Source: Iphione sp. A-MEVVRFRX5 (taxonomy: Eukaryota). Taken from it: 64,000 nt of DNA. Positions 40,431 through 52,117 of the stretch are shown in pieces (within the stretch, counting starts at the first letter, position 1; each line of letters opens with the position of its first letter). Position numbers and translations under genes: made by a program. Below the pieces are notes generated by a model. That model was not told the DNA's origin. It saw nothing but the letters and a program-made list of their open reading frames with translations, and did no database searches. The stretch covers positions 38,812,001-38,876,000 of the forward strand of contig OZ320316.1 in assembly GCA_976226885.1 (NCBI GenBank), written 5' to 3'.

Positions 40431-43400
40431 ATGCAAATGAAATGCAAATTAGGAAGAAATCTTAAGAACAACACCATTTAACATATGATTTTACATATCT
40501 TAAATGCCTATTCCCAGCATGCACGAGGTGGCATGGTCCAGACAGACCACACCATCCCTGATCAACCCACATGCATAGGGACAGCCCAATTGAAATACTC
40601 CAGAATAGTTTTCCTGCAGTCCATACCCCTGGGGACAGGTCTGGATAGTTTGCACACATGGGAATAGTGCCTAACAAATGAGTATACCTACAGTAGTGAG
40701 GGTACTAGAATTGTATTTTTTTTTTCAAAAAAATTAATAGTTCCATTCTGTACCAAGTATATTTGTTGGAAAAGTGAGGGAACTGGTATAGTGAAGTATT
40801 GTAATAGCGAGGGGTTACTCTATTTCGAAATACATGCAGAATTCTCGAAATGTATTTCTCGAAATATAGCACAGTGACACGACTTCTAGAAAGTAACCCA
40901 AATAATGCAAAGAAAGGCTTGATACGGAATACAACTTGAAAGTGACGATGTCCAATTCATGCAACAGATTATGTTTCGATGGTACAATCTATTAGGAGAA
41001 GAAAAAAGATGTGGAGCACAGACGAAGATACTCTCACAGTCAGGATGAGAGCCAAAGATTTTAAAAGCCGTGTCGTTCTTGACCGGCACGCCTACAATGG
41101 AGTGCTGTGAAAGGAGTGACTTGATCGAGTTCCCCTTAGATCTCGGGTTACTATAACCGTGGGCGAAAACATAAAAAAGATTAATGACGCTTGAAATGTT
41201 TTCATTATTGCCCCCTGGTCGACTTATGGCTGCCCACGGATCAAACCGGTCCACGTCAGTACTACAATAGACTTAACACTCAGTGGGGAAAAAAGCGACA
41301 ATTCAAATGTTTGATGGGATACTTCGTATGCAAGTATCTCCACCGCCTATTCTGCCCATCGTACAATTAATTTTCGTAAACAATGCCACCTTGCCTTCCC
41401 CTTGGATTGTTAACTTCATTTTACAGTTGACAAACTAAGGAGCGGTGCATATCTCGCAAGCTGTTTCAGATTAGAATGTCTGCCCGGCTCGTTTCTCCCT
41501 CGACTATGGAGAAAAGCTATAGATAGGCACAAAGTGGCACCTGATGGCGCTACTGGTGGAACCCAACCTGAGTGGTCGTAGAACAGCCAGGCGTATGGGA
41601 CCTGACAACAGCCAACTAAAGGCACATGCCTATGGAAGACACATGGTGGCAGTAACAAAAACGGACCATTTTCTCTCCATTATGCAGATTACTATGTGAC
41701 ATTGATGCATACTGCACTTCAATACAGGTATAGATGTACACAAACGACGGTTCATATTCCATCTACATTAATTTAGAGTATACACCAGAGGTAAGACAAT
41801 CTCATTTAAACATATCGCATCCATCCTAAAATAAACTTAATTTGTAGAGTTTAAGGTGCCTGCTATTTTAAGTTTGATACGATAGTTACTTTGTGTAGTT
41901 TTTACCAGCTCAACGTGACATCCATTCCGTTCTTAAAGTTCTATTATACTTTTATGACAGTGTAAGGTTTACCAATATCCCTTTTGCAAGCTAGGTGGGA
42001 CGTCACTCCCCATGATACAGAATGAGGTGTTGAAAATATGGCCAGGGGTCATGTCATCCCTTGGAGCCTTGGGTATTAAAACTATGTACAAGTATCAAGA
42101 AAAATAACGAACAATGTCAAGTCAGTATCAAGTTTGCCATGCAATCTCTGCAGCTCTGCAGTCGCTCTTACTGCTGCCCTGTCAACCTCTATTTTCTTCT
42201 TTTTAATTGTGTTTTGTTCCACCCCCGCCCCCTCTTGCCTTTTCTGTCGCCCCTAGACCCAATCTTGACGGCGAAGCCCTTACCGCAAGCCTTACTCTTG
42301 TCATAACCCCCATTCTTCTAAGTGTATCGTAACCATGAGGTAGCTTTAACGGTGATACTCTGTCGTTCGCCCTTCACATTACCTCGGCTGGCCTGACACT
42401 TACTACAAACTAAAGCGTCTCCCATACCTTCAACTTGAAACTATGGGGCTTGAAAGGAAGCATATAGAAAAAAGGAGAGATTTTTCATACATGGAAAGAA
42501 TTTCTGTCACTCTTTGCTTTTGGGTTGGGCAAGCTAAGTCCACCGAACGCAAAGGAAGCAACGCTGAACGGTATAACAGTAGGTTGGAAAATGAATCTTG
42601 AGATGAATGGGACAAACCGTGACGAAGTTTATTTCTAAGTCTTTCTCTGACAGAGTCTCTCTGCGACTTAAACATCCAGTAAACCCTCGAACAGCAGCCC
42701 TGAGGTTAACCATAACCCTAACAATATTTTTTTTTTCCGGGTTTGACTTTGTAACATATCAATTTTGTGAAAGTTGCCTCTCTGATAATGCAAATATTAA
42801 TACCCCCTTAGTCTCCTTATAGTCAGGGCTTTTTTTATCGTTGACATCTTTTTCACATTCTGGATCATATTAATCACCAGATTAAATGTATGACCGTCCT
42901 GTTTAAGTTGATATGAAGAGGTAAATATAGCTTTGGTGTGCCTCACGACTAGAATACCGTCCTCACGACGACAACTTCAGACAACGGAATAAACAAATCA
43001 TATCACATCTACAGATCGTGTTCTCGTCTTCTCGTGACAGCGAAACGACGGCAGCGCAGTGTTTCTTCTTAGAGACACAGGAAGGCCTCACTGATTAGCC
43101 TCGTCCTGTATAGTATAAACACCAGGAATAACAACATGGAAGGGTGCTGACGGTACATGACGCTCAATATGCCAGGTCCACCTAATCCACCGATCGGATG
43201 GCTGACAGGCTTCCTGTAGAACCCCAACACTTCCCTTTTCTGCTGCTCGTTTTCGGCTAAACAGAAATGTCACTCCCCCGTCCAGTTCTGACATATCGCC
43301 GCGCCAGGCAGATCTGGATCGAAACAGTTGACGTCTGTGTCATTCAGTTCGCAGGGGGCTGACACCAATGACTGGCCGTGTGGGCGTGCCGCTTGTTTTA

Positions 43401-43875
43401 ACTTCAGGTGTAGGCTGGTCCAAACAGCGCCTCTGTCATTTTGGTATGCGCACTTATATTTATCGCTCGTGATACGAAGATATTCCATTCACTGCTGGTC
43501 TCGGCTGCTGCAAGTGTAATGCGAATCGTGCTGTCATGTGTATTTGTGCTGACATTTTGTACGGTATTGTTGAAGCGGAATGGATGGTATGGTGCGCTAC
43601 GGTTCGATGGTGTAGTCTAAAGGTGAGGTATGATACAGAGTTGGTGTTATGTCTGGGATGAAAGGGACGTAATTATGGTATGCACTGTTTGGGGTCATCC
43701 CCTCCATATTTTTTACATTGTTATGAAGTGTGGTCCTATCGTGGGTACCTATTTGTGTGTCTGCCTCTATTATAAGTGCTTCACCGTCAATCTGCATGCC
43801 AGGTGCATTGCACACCTTTATGTGGATGTGCCTCAGTCGACGCCTTGTAGGGATATACATGGCACTGGCGGTATA

Positions 43876-44091
43876 CAGTGGAACCTCTCCCTAGCGGCCA
43901 CTTTTGGTTCTGCCAAATTTTCACCATTAAGGTATGTTGACTGCTAGGGATAGATAATTTAGTACATAACATGATACTAATCTGCTCCAAAGCCAATTGA
44001 CTACAATAGGAGATTGCCACTAGAAGGAGTTGCCACTGGGGAGGCGGGGGGGGGGGGGGCCGGGGGTAACCCACTAGGAGAGTCCCTACTG
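43876..44091. mobile_element. Tc1/mariner-pogo-type MITE
   Basis: TA|CAGTGGAACCTCTCC ... GGAGAGTCCCTACTG|TA. Confidence 0.75.
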
Positions 44092-47000
44092 TATATCATC
44101 ACGTAGGCAGCTGTGACGCTCATCTTGTTTAGTACGGTACTTAAAAACAGGGCGGCGAAGTCCGTAGCGTATAGCCATGCATTTTAGCTTGGTACGTGTG
44201 CATGACAACTTTGGTAACTGACCATACCTTGTATTTCTCTTCAGCGTCATGATTGGCCAGCTGTTCACAATCAAAAAGGATTCACCCAGAAGGTTTTGCA
44301 TCTCTCGCCACTAAGTGTTCCTCTGCCTGACTCGGTTGAAGCGCGCGTCTCACCCATGATAACTAACGAACCAGGCCACTCGGTAGTAAAGCAGCTCTCT
44401 ATTTTATCTACAACTAGAACAGAACTAAAACACATGCATTTATAAGTTTACCAGGTGTACACCCCGGATCTTCTACAGCTGCACTTCACTTGCACAAGTG
44501 ATGAGAGGTCTATTCAGTTCCTCTTGGAACGATTGATGGAGATTTATCTGCCCACACATATTACACTGAAAACAGATACTGTATCATAAAAGTAGTTGGT
44601 GACTGAAGCTTTCTTATTATATCTTCCAGTCTTCCTCACTAACATTGAAAGGTCCTCTTTCTTGGGTTTTGCCGCTATACAAGCACTAGTCCTAATTTCT
44701 GTCACAGGTTCTGTGCAGATTAACTAAATGCCTGGCCATATTATCTTTATCAAATATCTAAGTTCTCCTCAAAAATTGCCACTTTAGGATAATATTCCAC
44801 CTTGTCATCCTGCACCTTTCATTTGACATCCCCGTGAGGGGGCTGCTATTATTTATGGACCGGCTCCCTCAGGAGGGAGGTAGCTGGCTATATGTTTGCT
44901 TAGACTCACTAACAATGAGCACAGATTAAAGGTATGTAGCTCTTCCTCCGGGCCTGTCACATAAACTTATCATAGATCTCACTTGTATCTCCTGAGCTCC
45001 TGATGTCAAGTCCATCTTCAGCTCAGAAAATACAAACCATCTCTCCCCCTTCCAGGGGGGGATTCGAGTAGAGATTGCAAACGGTGAGGTATTAATCTTT
45101 GTTTGCTCTCAGTCTCCACGTTTCAGCTTTTTATCTCATGTACAGCAGCGACCTTGACTTCTGATGCGCAAAATAAGCGCAGTATCTGATAGCGGATGGC
45201 TCAACAATGGCTTACAATTCTGTTGTTCCTCATTGGCTTACATCACTCAGTGAACTTCAGACTTTGAATGAGCAGCACATGCTGTAAGGCTATGTTTCCA
45301 TGAATGTGTTTTCAGTGCATTCATGTTGATTCCATGCAGGAATGACTGTTTAGGTTGTGGTCCTCAGCCTTTAGCAGGGGATATTACCGTGAGTGCATTT
45401 GCTTGTTCATTATTTTTCAGTAAGTTCCTTGCATTTGTGCCATAACTGTTGGAATTGTGTTTCTTTTCAGTACGGTTTGGAATTTGTGTCAAAACTGTGG
45501 AAAGTGTGTAGGTTTTTATGCTTACGATATGCAAATCAAGTAGACTGTACTTATGTTTAAGCATATTTTAGCCTTTTAACACTATATCCAATGCCCCACT
45601 CACTTTGAAACAACTACGCACAGCATGGTCCATGACAATTATTGACATTGCTAGTTTCAAGCAACGCACACTACATGCAGTTGTGCACACACTCTGCACT
45701 ATGAAAATGCTCCTGTTTACTCACATGTAACCATATTTCCCTCACCCCAAACGCACACAATCATGTAAACATGGCCTAATATGGTGAGAGAGAGAGAGAA
45801 GGAGAGAGAGAATGACGAAGAAAATGGGAGGAGATGGAGACGACTGAGTTGAGTGCGTCAGAAAGGTAATTCTATCACACATTTAAGCCTAGATGCAGAA
45901 GCAGGAATATCTAATTAACACGCATCTAGAGGACATGAAGGGGTGGATGGGAAAAGGAACAGAAATAAAGGAGAACTTCTAAAATAGACAACCACAAGTA
46001 ATATGCGGACGGACAAGTAAGGTCCTAGAAATCAAGGGATTTAGAAATCCAGCTGTTTTTCTAATATTGTACAGTTCTGGGACGTAAAGGATTTCCTAGA
46101 GTTTGTTGCGGTACTTGTTAGCTCATGCTATCTTCAGTGCATGGCCTGGGGACTTTTACGAGTTCTGGATCACCAACAGGGCACCAGACGTGGAGAGAGC
46201 ACGTGATAAGGCAACTTATGGCCTGTGTACATCTGATACTTGCAATGCACCTAAGCGCATCGCTTAGACTTCGAGTGCCAATTATGCGTCATATTTCATT
46301 ACCAGCATAACATATCAAACTCTTTTTCCACTATCTTAGTGGCTACTACTTTTCCAGAGAAATCTATGTTGTTCAGGAATCGTCATCAGTTTCTTTCCAA
46401 TTTTGTGTACTTTTGCTTCACGCCCCATACCTCATTAATACCGCAATTCAAGTAGCACAGGTAGATTTAAACGGCCTTACATATCACGGGCTTTATATTA
46501 GGAATGTTGCATAAATCTAGTGGAAACGGGGCTTCTTCTCTTCAGGCTACTCTAGACTGGGCTTCGGGAGAGGTGCAGAGAGAACGGTAAAATGACGACT
46601 TGGTATGTGTATAGCTAAAGATATCTCTTACGCCCCCCTGCTGACGTCATAGAGGTGCTTCTTTCTGTGGGGCGTCTCTACACTTCGCCCTGCCGCTATC
46701 TGTGTTTATCGCTGGCCAGGAATTAATAATTACAGGTCTATCTCAGTCGACATCTATCACACTTTGGTGGATCATCGAATTACACGTCGAAGGTGTCAGT
46801 CTGATCTATGCACGCTTCCCGGGGCAAGCACCAGCCGAACAAGACATAGACCTACAACGTAGCTCGCGGGGGAACCAGCGTTGCATTTGTAAGAATAAAG
46901 AGGTCAAAGAAAAATAAGCGCAACTTTCGGTCCTATCGCCCGAGGCTATCTAGTTTGAATACAAAAGTTTAAAATTGGCCAGACAACGATTCTTGTTTTT

Positions 47001-48094
47001 TTTCCCTGAAAATTTCGCCGCCAACATTTGACAGCAAAGACAAACTGATCATTTATTACGTACATATTCCTACGCCACTCAGAGAAGATCATCTGATGAC
47101 CTGAAACGATGGGTTTTCTTATGTGTGACCCATTTGTCACATAAACTGAAATACATCAGCTATCAATAGCTGTTACAAAATATGTACCTTTTAAACGGTG
47201 AGACAAAAAAAGTAAAGACGTGCATAAACAAGTGTCCTTAAGCATCAGACAGTGTAGGCCTTTCTGGTGCTTGTTATTAAGGTTACGGAGCTGGGGGCGA
47301 ACACGGTTGCCGCGCCACGAGGGCAAATTAACGCCTCCATAGACACACCGCTACACAACCTCCATCTCCGTGTACATACGGCATAAGAAACACGACTCAC
47401 CGCAGTGCACTCATCACGAGTGAGGATGGTGGTGGCCACCACTTAGGGTGATGGGGCGGAGTTAGGGACAGAAATCATGCTTGCTATCAAGGCAGGCCAC
47501 ATGATGTATGCTCGAAGCAGGGCCACCTGATCGCAGGTGTGAGCGGCCACCGGACCGCGCGGCCGCTGCCGCCGGCGGGATGCTGTCAGGCCCGGAGCCG
47601 CCTCAAGCTGGGCCTGTCAGGAGTGCTTTGTTAACCACAGGGACTACCGCCTCATCATTAGGACCCACTCCGCTTGTCGGCCACATGGTTTATAGTCACC
47701 CAGATATTCATGCGGCCAACCTACCGACACCCCGACTGCCATTTTTTACGTCAGTGAAACCGGGATCGCGGTACCAACATCCGCGTCGAATATTCTGCCA
47801 CCAGGGGTCTCTGGAAACGCCCCTCCCTCCCGCCAGGTGGCCTCACGTTCTTGTAATAATCACACAGAAGAGTAGCCACAGTGGTCCGCACAAAACCTCT
47901 ATCAGGGCATGTATAATTTGCAGCTGATTCAACAAGTTATTCAGACAGTATGGCTCGGGATCGAGCCGTAGAATAGGGACCAGGAGCAGGAGTTGTAGCA
48001 GTCATACGGTTGTAGTTTGATGGATTGTCAGTTAACGACCAAATTGAGATAGATTGTGATCAATTGCAGTTCCATGGGGTTTATATCGTTGTGG

Positions 48095-48159
48095 TTAAAC
48101 GTGGAGCGCGTGCCCTTCTTCTACACCCTTCACACCTGACTTAAGTTGTACCACAGAGC
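48095..48159 (-). CDS. Possible terminal exon of the VWA gene (GSVVQLKSGVKGVEEGHALHV*)
   Basis: Phase-1 acceptor CCATTTCAAG, short open frame to TAA. An alternative next exon is 47441-47401 (VATTILTRDECTA, GTGAGT donor). Unverified. Confidence 0.3.
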
Positions 48160-48759
48160 CTTGAAATGGTACAGGAGCATATATACGGAGTGCAATTTAA
48201 TATTTAATGTGTTAATTGTGCGGTCAAAAGTAAACACGTATATCCATATGACTGTCTGTGTCACAGGTCAAGCGTGACGCAAAATGTGAGGAAATGTCGT
48301 ACATATAATATTTATACAATGCATGAACTAGACTTCCCTAGTTCCTTTATTATAAACCAAAGAACCCATGCCTTCATGCACCTACTACTCCACATCCTCA
48401 CCAAGTCCTCTTGTCATTTTTTTTGGCTGCCGGTACTCTCTTTAAGGGGGCAGCGTCACATGCTGTGGCTAGCGCTTGCACGTGACAAAATATTCTTCTC
48501 ATGTTGTAAGAATGTGAGTGCAAGACGATAAAACGAATGACATGCCTCTAACTCATGGAAAGACGTACTCCGGAAATTCTTGATCTTTTCATCCTCTAAT
48601 TCAAAGGATATTTTTTCATAATTCCAGAATAGACTATGACTACACACGAGCAGATTTTAAGAGTTTTTTTTCAAATTACTGACTGCGAAGTCCCAAGGCA
48701 CAAACTTTGTCTCTGTAGGAAACTAATTTCATGCCGTGTATATAACAAGTTACCCTCAC

Positions 48760-49323
48760 CTTTACACAACTCTGAAAGTACTGGATTGACGATGTCAGTG
48801 AGGTCCTTGGGCCGGATCACCATGTGCAGATGTTTGTCTACCGCGCAGCTGACGAGCGCCCTCAGCTCCGTGGGGTCTATGTCCTTGCCGATACCCACGC
48901 CAAACAGCTCGATATTGTGCAGCAGTTTGCCAGTCTGCGCCTCGACTAGCGTGGCGCTAATGTTGCCGGAAGGGCCGTCGGTGATGTAGATGCCCACCTT
49001 GTGGTGCGGCTCGATGGCGTTGACGTCGCCCTCCAGCAGGCGGTAAGACATCTGTTGAAGGAGTTGGGCCGTGGAGGCGCGCGGCCGGCGCGTGATGCGC
49101 CCCAGGGCCGACAGGAGGGCCGTCTTGTTGCGGTAGGAGCCGAGCGGCACTTCGGGGATGTCAACACACTCGTAGATGAACTTGACGTTGACATTGCCAT
49201 TGGACATGTCCACTTGTTCGACCAGGTCCTCGACGAACTTCCAGATCCTGTTCATCGTGTCAGGACCGCCCTTCTTTTCGTCGATCACGAAGACGATGTC
49301 AGTTGGTTCGTCGAACTTGCACA
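48760..49323 (-). CDS. VWA domain 2 exon (degenerate MIDAS)
   Basis: CKFDEPTDIVFVIDEKKG, GIYITDGPS, IELFGVGIG, ends ELCK. Donor GTGAGG. Confidence 0.92.
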
Positions 49324-50981
49324 CTGTAATTCCACAAATTATGACGCTAATAATAAGTACAGCTTGTCGTCCACAAACCAAGAATGATAGGCAGCAGGTG
49401 GTTTTCGGCGCACTGATACTGAGTACGTGCATGTATATGTACATTTAAAATTCCTTTCCATCCAGTTAGCAAAAATAAAAGTGATTACAGGATAAGAACT
49501 AAGTAAGAAAGTCAAAATAATTCATTCATGATTATTTTAAAGGAATTTTGAAATAAATACTAGAGGAAAGACATAAAACCATGCATCAGTTTTCAGGGTA
49601 GTAAATATTCAGAGTAAATATTTAGCCTTGAGATTTCAAAACAAATCACTCATTTTAGTCAGGAAGACGCAACCAATCCGGTACGTACGTTCCGAGTCTT
49701 GTGTGGGTTTTGCTATGTATATCGATTCTGGATTGTCGAACTCCCCTATCCCGTAAGGCGGGATGAAGAGTGGCGGAAGTTGCGACGATGGCGGCCTCCT
49801 CTCCCGCACAGTTGACGTCGGCGGCCCAATCCTCTCTGCATCGCCGTCACCTACACCAAAAGGTAGAGACACCAATAGGGTGGAGAGCAACGTCGATGTT
49901 GAAGTCGACGATGGTGTGGGAGATGGTAATGTGGAAGACGATGTACTCAGCACTGCTGGGGTAGTTGTTCGCTGCGCTGTGGTTGAAGGCGTCGTTGTAG
50001 TAGTGCTTGGTGAGGTCGTTGTAGTGCTCGGGGTACTTGTGAAGAATGGTGTGGTAGTTGTTGTAGTAGACGCTGTTGTTGTTGTTGTTGTTGTTCTTGG
50101 TGTAGTTGTCGTGCGTCGTGTTGTTGATGTGGTGGTGGTAGATGATGTAGTTGTAGGCAATGTCGAACGAGTGGTAGCTACTGTCACTGGAAAGGAAGAC
50201 AAACCAGATTGGGAGTAAAATGCTTCAACCTGTTTTCATTACAACAAATTAGTCCCTTTGCTTTAATTAGGATCACTGTCAAGTCACTCTGAATGCCTTG
50301 ATAGTGTACATAGTAGATGCGCTATGAAGTTAGTTAAATGAATTATTACGGGGCAGTCTGACCTTGGTCTACTTATTCTGGCTCTTTCCGCTCTTGACTT
50401 ACCTGTGCAGGTTTTGATCGCCAGGAGGTCTTTGATACGGTCGAGGCCATCGTAGCTATGTACGAGGTGGACATAGTCATCGAGTGGCTTGCTAGCGATC
50501 CCTTCCAACTCTCCTATATCCACCGACCCGCCCACGCCGATGGCGAACAGGTGGATGCCCTGCTCTCGTGCCTGCTGCGCCTCTTTGATGGTCAGCGACG
50601 TGTCGTCGCTCTTACCATCTGTGATGATGATGGCCACCTGCGTCACCTCCGAATCGTCGGGGCGAGCGCCATAGCGGCGCGCCTGCGCCACCTTACGCAT
50701 GAGGCGGATTGCGCGGTCCGTACGCGTGTGGATTTGCGCAGTGCGCCGCACGAGCCCAATGCGCCGTCGCAGTCGCGACTTGCTACGGAAGGTGTTGAGG
50801 TGGAAGATGACCCGTGGGTGGCTGTCGAAGGTGATGAGTGCCACGCGCGTCATATTGGTGGCGATTGGGAAGATGTCAACCATCTCCTGCACAAAGGTGA
50901 GCTGCCGCTTGAAGTCGGGCCGCCAGATACTGCTCGAAGAGTCGAGGATGAAGATGACATCGGCAGGCTTCCCGCCGCAAG
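48760..50981 (-). CDS. VWA-domain extracellular matrix protein (matrilin/collagen-XII-like): VWA, Thr-rich mucin linker, degenerate VWA; three internal exons, 5' and 3' ends unresolved
   Basis: Exons 50981-50403 (579 bp), 50186-49689 (498 bp) and 49323-48760 (564 bp) are all phase 1-1 with GT-AG sites and give 547 codons in one open frame. They are clearly GC-richer than the introns. Confidence 0.9.
49689..50186 (-). CDS. Thr/Ser/Pro-rich mucin-like linker exon
   Basis: CTTTCCAG acceptor, about 100 aa of poly-Thr followed by a Pro-rich segment, phase-1 donor GTACGT, in frame with both VWA exons. Confidence 0.88.
50403..50981 (-). CDS. VWA domain 1 exon (intact MIDAS)
   Basis: CGGKPADVIFILDSSSSI (DxSxS), TRTDRA, IITDGKS, IHLFAIGVG, ends KTCT. 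Donor GTAAGT. Confidence 0.94.
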
Positions 50982-51870
50982 CTGTTCGTGCCAACGGGTG
51001 AACAAGCAAAGCACCACGATTAGAGCACTGATTAAAGCTGAAACATAGGTACACGTAACTTTCTTTGTTGACATGACATTACAGATTGCATTAAGGCACA
51101 GGTCCTTATGGTCACTTTTTAGGAAGGTTAATCAGAAAGTGCAACAAAGTCATTCTCATTATTTCCCCTTAACTTAAAAACAACATGGAAGTTACTGTTA
51201 AAAGGGCTTATTATAATGAAGGAATAAACATGATTTTACTGGCAACAACCCGTTTTCTGCAACAATTAATTTATTGTGCTAGGAACAAGGCCTCGATATC
51301 TGATAAAGAAAGAGAGGAGAGTCTTTGAAGGGAAGTGTACAGTCATCAGCGTTTTTATCTTATCGAATGATCACTTTTTACTAAGCACTCCATATTTCAC
51401 ATTATTTGTCTATAAAGTTTTCATTAGATAAAAGAAAATATGGAAAACGGTACACTTCCGTGTCAGCGCGATTCCTACCTCCGTTCACTGTAAACCGCCA
51501 CCAGATAAGGTTGTTTTGTTGAGAAATAGAAGGGAAACGTAAGTTTAAAATAAAAAGTCTTAACATGCTACGGAGAAAATGTGACGTTGGATAAATAAAA
51601 CCATTGCACCCACGGAAGGTCATTTGAAGAGAAGGAGCAATGCCACGTAGGCAAAACTGAAAATCTTCACAAACATATGAGATTCATAAAAAGGATGGGC
51701 AATATTTCTGCCTGCTAGTTGATAATCACTTGAGCCAACATTTAGATATCTAAGACCAAAATAACCTTAAATTACAACTTGAACCCAAATTTTAAAAAAA
51801 CTGTATTTAAAATTACAGTGACAACTGACTCATCCACAAGAAAATACTGTATACGTACAGGAATCAACTG

Positions 51871-52117
51871 GAAATTTAGTAAACATTTACATAATAAACA
51901 AAATAGAGATGAAATACTGTATTTGGAATTTGGTTAATATTTCTCTTTAGCTATTAAACTTGGAGTCGCAAAACCTATCATGAACTCCAATGAGAAATTT
52001 AGTAAAAAATTTACATTATAGACTTAATAGAAATGAAAAAGAGCATTTGAAATTTAGTTGATTTTAATCTTTGGCTATTAAATTTGCAGTCGCAAAACCT
52101 ATCATGAACTCTAATGT
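51871..52117. repeat. Diverged tandem duplication, ~123-bp unit x2
   Basis: GAAATTTAGTAAA at 51871 and 51994. GTCGCAAAACCTATCATGAACTC occurs twice. Confidence 0.85.

Noticed and set aside
43519-43590. + strand signal-peptide-like MRIVLSCVFVLTFCT with possible GTATTG/GTATGG donors
   Set aside because: No downstream exon gave a recognisable product. It cannot be distinguished from chance.
46538-46578. Small + strand exon-like YSRLGFGRG resembling an amidated neuropeptide
   Set aside because: No precursor context, repeats or signal peptide. Likely chance.
47085-47115. CTGATGA-CCT-GAAAC hammerhead-like core
   Set aside because: No room for stem II (3 nt) and no suitable stem I/III.
47508-47927. 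139-aa GC-rich ORF
   Set aside because: Long ORFs are expected in CpG-island-like DNA. No domain or splice support.
48946-51048. Long + strand and alternative-frame ORFs (49001-49387, 49763-50218, 50458-51048, 50699-51001)
   Set aside because: These are shadow ORFs antisense to or overlapping the GC-rich VWA and mucin exons.
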